Positions 62,620 through 64,000 of a stretch of 64,000 nt of DNA are shown here, piece after piece. Source of the DNA: an uncultured bacterium (GTDB lineage: Bacteria > Desulfobacterota > Deferrimicrobia > Deferrimicrobiales > Deferrimicrobiaceae); NCBI GenBank assembly GCA_963764045.1, contig CAVXQW010000011.1:74203-138202 (forward strand). The letters are read 5' to 3'. The notes below the pieces were generated by a model. It was given only the letters and a program-made list of their open reading frames with translations, was not told the DNA's origin and did no database searches. Made by a program: the position numbers and the translations under genes. Positions within the stretch are counted from its first letter, which is position 1, and the number at the start of each line of letters is the position of its first letter.

Positions 62620-63584
62620 TCAGGACGCCGCCCCCGTCGCCGCCGGGATTCCCGACGCGCTCCATGAAAATCTCCTCGAGGTTCTTCTTCACCGGGACGC
62701 AGGAAAGGACCGTACACCCCTCGCGCAGAAGACCCGCGATCCACCGGTTCGCCTGTCCGTTGTCCGGGGCCCGCAGCACGAGGAGGGCGCCCTGCGCGTA
62801 CCCGGCCTCCGGAGGAATTCCCGCCGCCGCGAGCCGGTCCGCCGGGAGAACCGGCGAGACGACCAGTTCGATGTAGAGCGTCTCCGCCCCGATCAGATCC
62901 TCCACCCGGCCCTCCGCCACCTTCCGCCCCTTGTGCAGCATGATGACCCGGTCGCAGAGGGCCTCCACGTCGGAGAGGATGTGGGAGCTGAAAAACACGG
63001 TCTTCCCCGCCGCCTTGAGATCCCGGATGATGCCGCGCACCTCCATCCGGCCCATCGGGTCGAGGCCGGACATCGGCTCGTCGAGGATCACGAGCTCCGG
63101 GTCGTGCAGCAGCGCCTGGGCGAGCCCGAGCCGCTGCATCATCCCCTTGGAATATTTCCGGATCGCGGTGCCCCGTGCCCCCGAAAGCCCGACCCGGGCG
63201 AGGAGCTCCGAAGAGCGGGACTCCGTGTCCGCGCGAGACATTCCGCACAGCTGGCCGCAAAGACGGAGGAACTCCCCGCCGGTGAGGTATTCGTAGAAGT
63301 ACGGCTGCTCCGGCATGAAGCCGATGCGGCGGCGAACGTCGGCCCCGTCCCGGACCTGCCCGCCGAACAGGGTCACCTTCCCCGCGTCCGGGAACGCGAG
63401 GCGGTTCAGGATTTTTATCGTCGTGGTCTTCCCCGCGCCGTTGGGACCGAGGAACCCGACGATCTCGTTCTCGCGCACCTCGCAGGAAAGGTCCGACAGC
63501 ACGCGGACCGGCTTGCGCCAGAAACCGGTCGGGTACGATTTCGACAATCCCTCGATGGCGAGGATCGGTCCCTGGTGCGATCAT
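62620..63584 (-). CDS. ABC transporter ATP-binding protein (frameshifts at both ends in homopolymers)
   Basis: ATG MIAPG at 63582-63584. After the GGG run the frame continues PILAIEGLSKSYPTGFWRKPVRVL...GPNGAGKTT (Walker A), LSGGM-like signature, ILDEPMSGLDP Walker B. Real stop TGA at 62620-62622 is reached only after a slip in the C5 run at 62631-62635. Confidence 0.75.
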
Positions 63585-64000
63585 TTCTTCTGGAACACCC
63601 GCAGCCGCTGTGAAACCCGGTCGCTGCGCACCTTTCCCCCCGGCTCCATGAGGTATCTTCCCCCGTTGGGCTCCTCCGGTATGCCCGACAGGATCCCCGC
63701 ACGGACAAGATCCGACAGTTCTCGCGGGACGGCCCCCATCCTCTCCCGATACGATTCCACGGCTCTCTCCAATGCCTGGAGGTCCCGCTCGACGGTCACC
63801 TCCCGGATCCTGCGCTCCAGGACCGCCCGCCGCGCGGGATCGTTCTCCTGCCGGACGATCGTCTCCAGCATGGCTAACGCCGCCCCCGGTTCCCTCGCCT
63901 CCGACAACATCCGGGACGCGAGTCCCGGCAGATAAGCGGGGCTTCCGGGCAGCCGCGCCGCCTCGGCCATCGCCTTCCCCGCCGTTTCCGTTTCACCGAG
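63581..64000 (-). CDS. hypothetical protein, 3' part only (5' end beyond window)
   Basis: The reading frame is open to the window edge (…LGETETAGKAMAEAARLPGSP…RVFQKK*). Helical, TPR-like. ATGA overlap with the ABC ATPase. Confidence 0.4.
   Translation of the reverse strand, partial: LGETETAGKAMAEAARLPGSPAYLPGLASRMLSEAREPGAALAMLETIVRQENDPARRAVLERRIREVTVERDLQALERAVESYRERMGAVPRELSDLVRAGILSGIPEEPNGGRYLMEPGGKVRSDRVSQRLRVFQKK

Noticed and set aside
61064-63547. Single 827-aa polyprotein fusing ABC ATPase, ABC-2 permease and PilD
   Set aside because: The true stop codons of the ATPase (62620) and permease (61840) are found one frame over and overlap the next start codons. The in-frame linker peptides (…GNPGGDGGGVLK…, …EPRELQLEERGAV…) are non-conserved. 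A fusion of a cytoplasmic ATPase with an aspartic peptidase is not biologically sensible.

Overview
High-GC (~65-70%) bacterial chromosomal segment made almost entirely of conserved housekeeping and envelope genes; phylogenetic placement (Desulfobacterota/Myxococcota-like) is a low-confidence guess from gene content. There is no CRISPR array, transposase, integrase or prophage signature.

Main content:
- A long minus-strand array runs from ~19.7 kb down to 1: lysE-like exporter, bifunctional sugar nucleotidyltransferase/phosphomannomutase, MBL hydrolase, coaBC, family-4 UDG, rlmI, NfeD, SPFH/band-7, SpoIID/LytB lipoprotein, queA, tgt, yajC, secD, secF, recJ, speB, pdaD, fabH (partial).
- The middle of the window holds aspC, coaD, rsmD, a class II aldolase, mqnA-like, DUF1858, queD, nadC, valS, a RomR-like response regulator, rnr, tRNA-Leu(CAG), a histidine kinase plus GAF-GGDEF pair, tamA/tamB, tRNA-Gly(CCC), accB/accC, efp, a roadblock/LC7 protein, and a shikimate block (aroQ, aroB, aroK, aroC).
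- The right third is a type IV pilus locus: pilS-pilR, an HTH regulator, pilMNOPQ (followed by aroC-aroK-aroB, as in Pseudomonas), pilA, pilD, and an ABC-2 transporter.

The most notable system-level observation is a candidate polarity module: a RomR-like REC protein plus a roadblock/LC7 (MglB/MglC-like) protein in a T4P-rich genome.

The most notable sequence-level observation is a very high density of single-nucleotide indel frameshifts (at least 25). Many sit exactly in homopolymer runs and they split essential genes (secD, secF, rnr, accB, efp, pilQ, tamA/B and others). This almost certainly reflects sequencing or assembly indel errors rather than pseudogenes or recoding. Gene boundaries given for those loci are therefore spans across frames.
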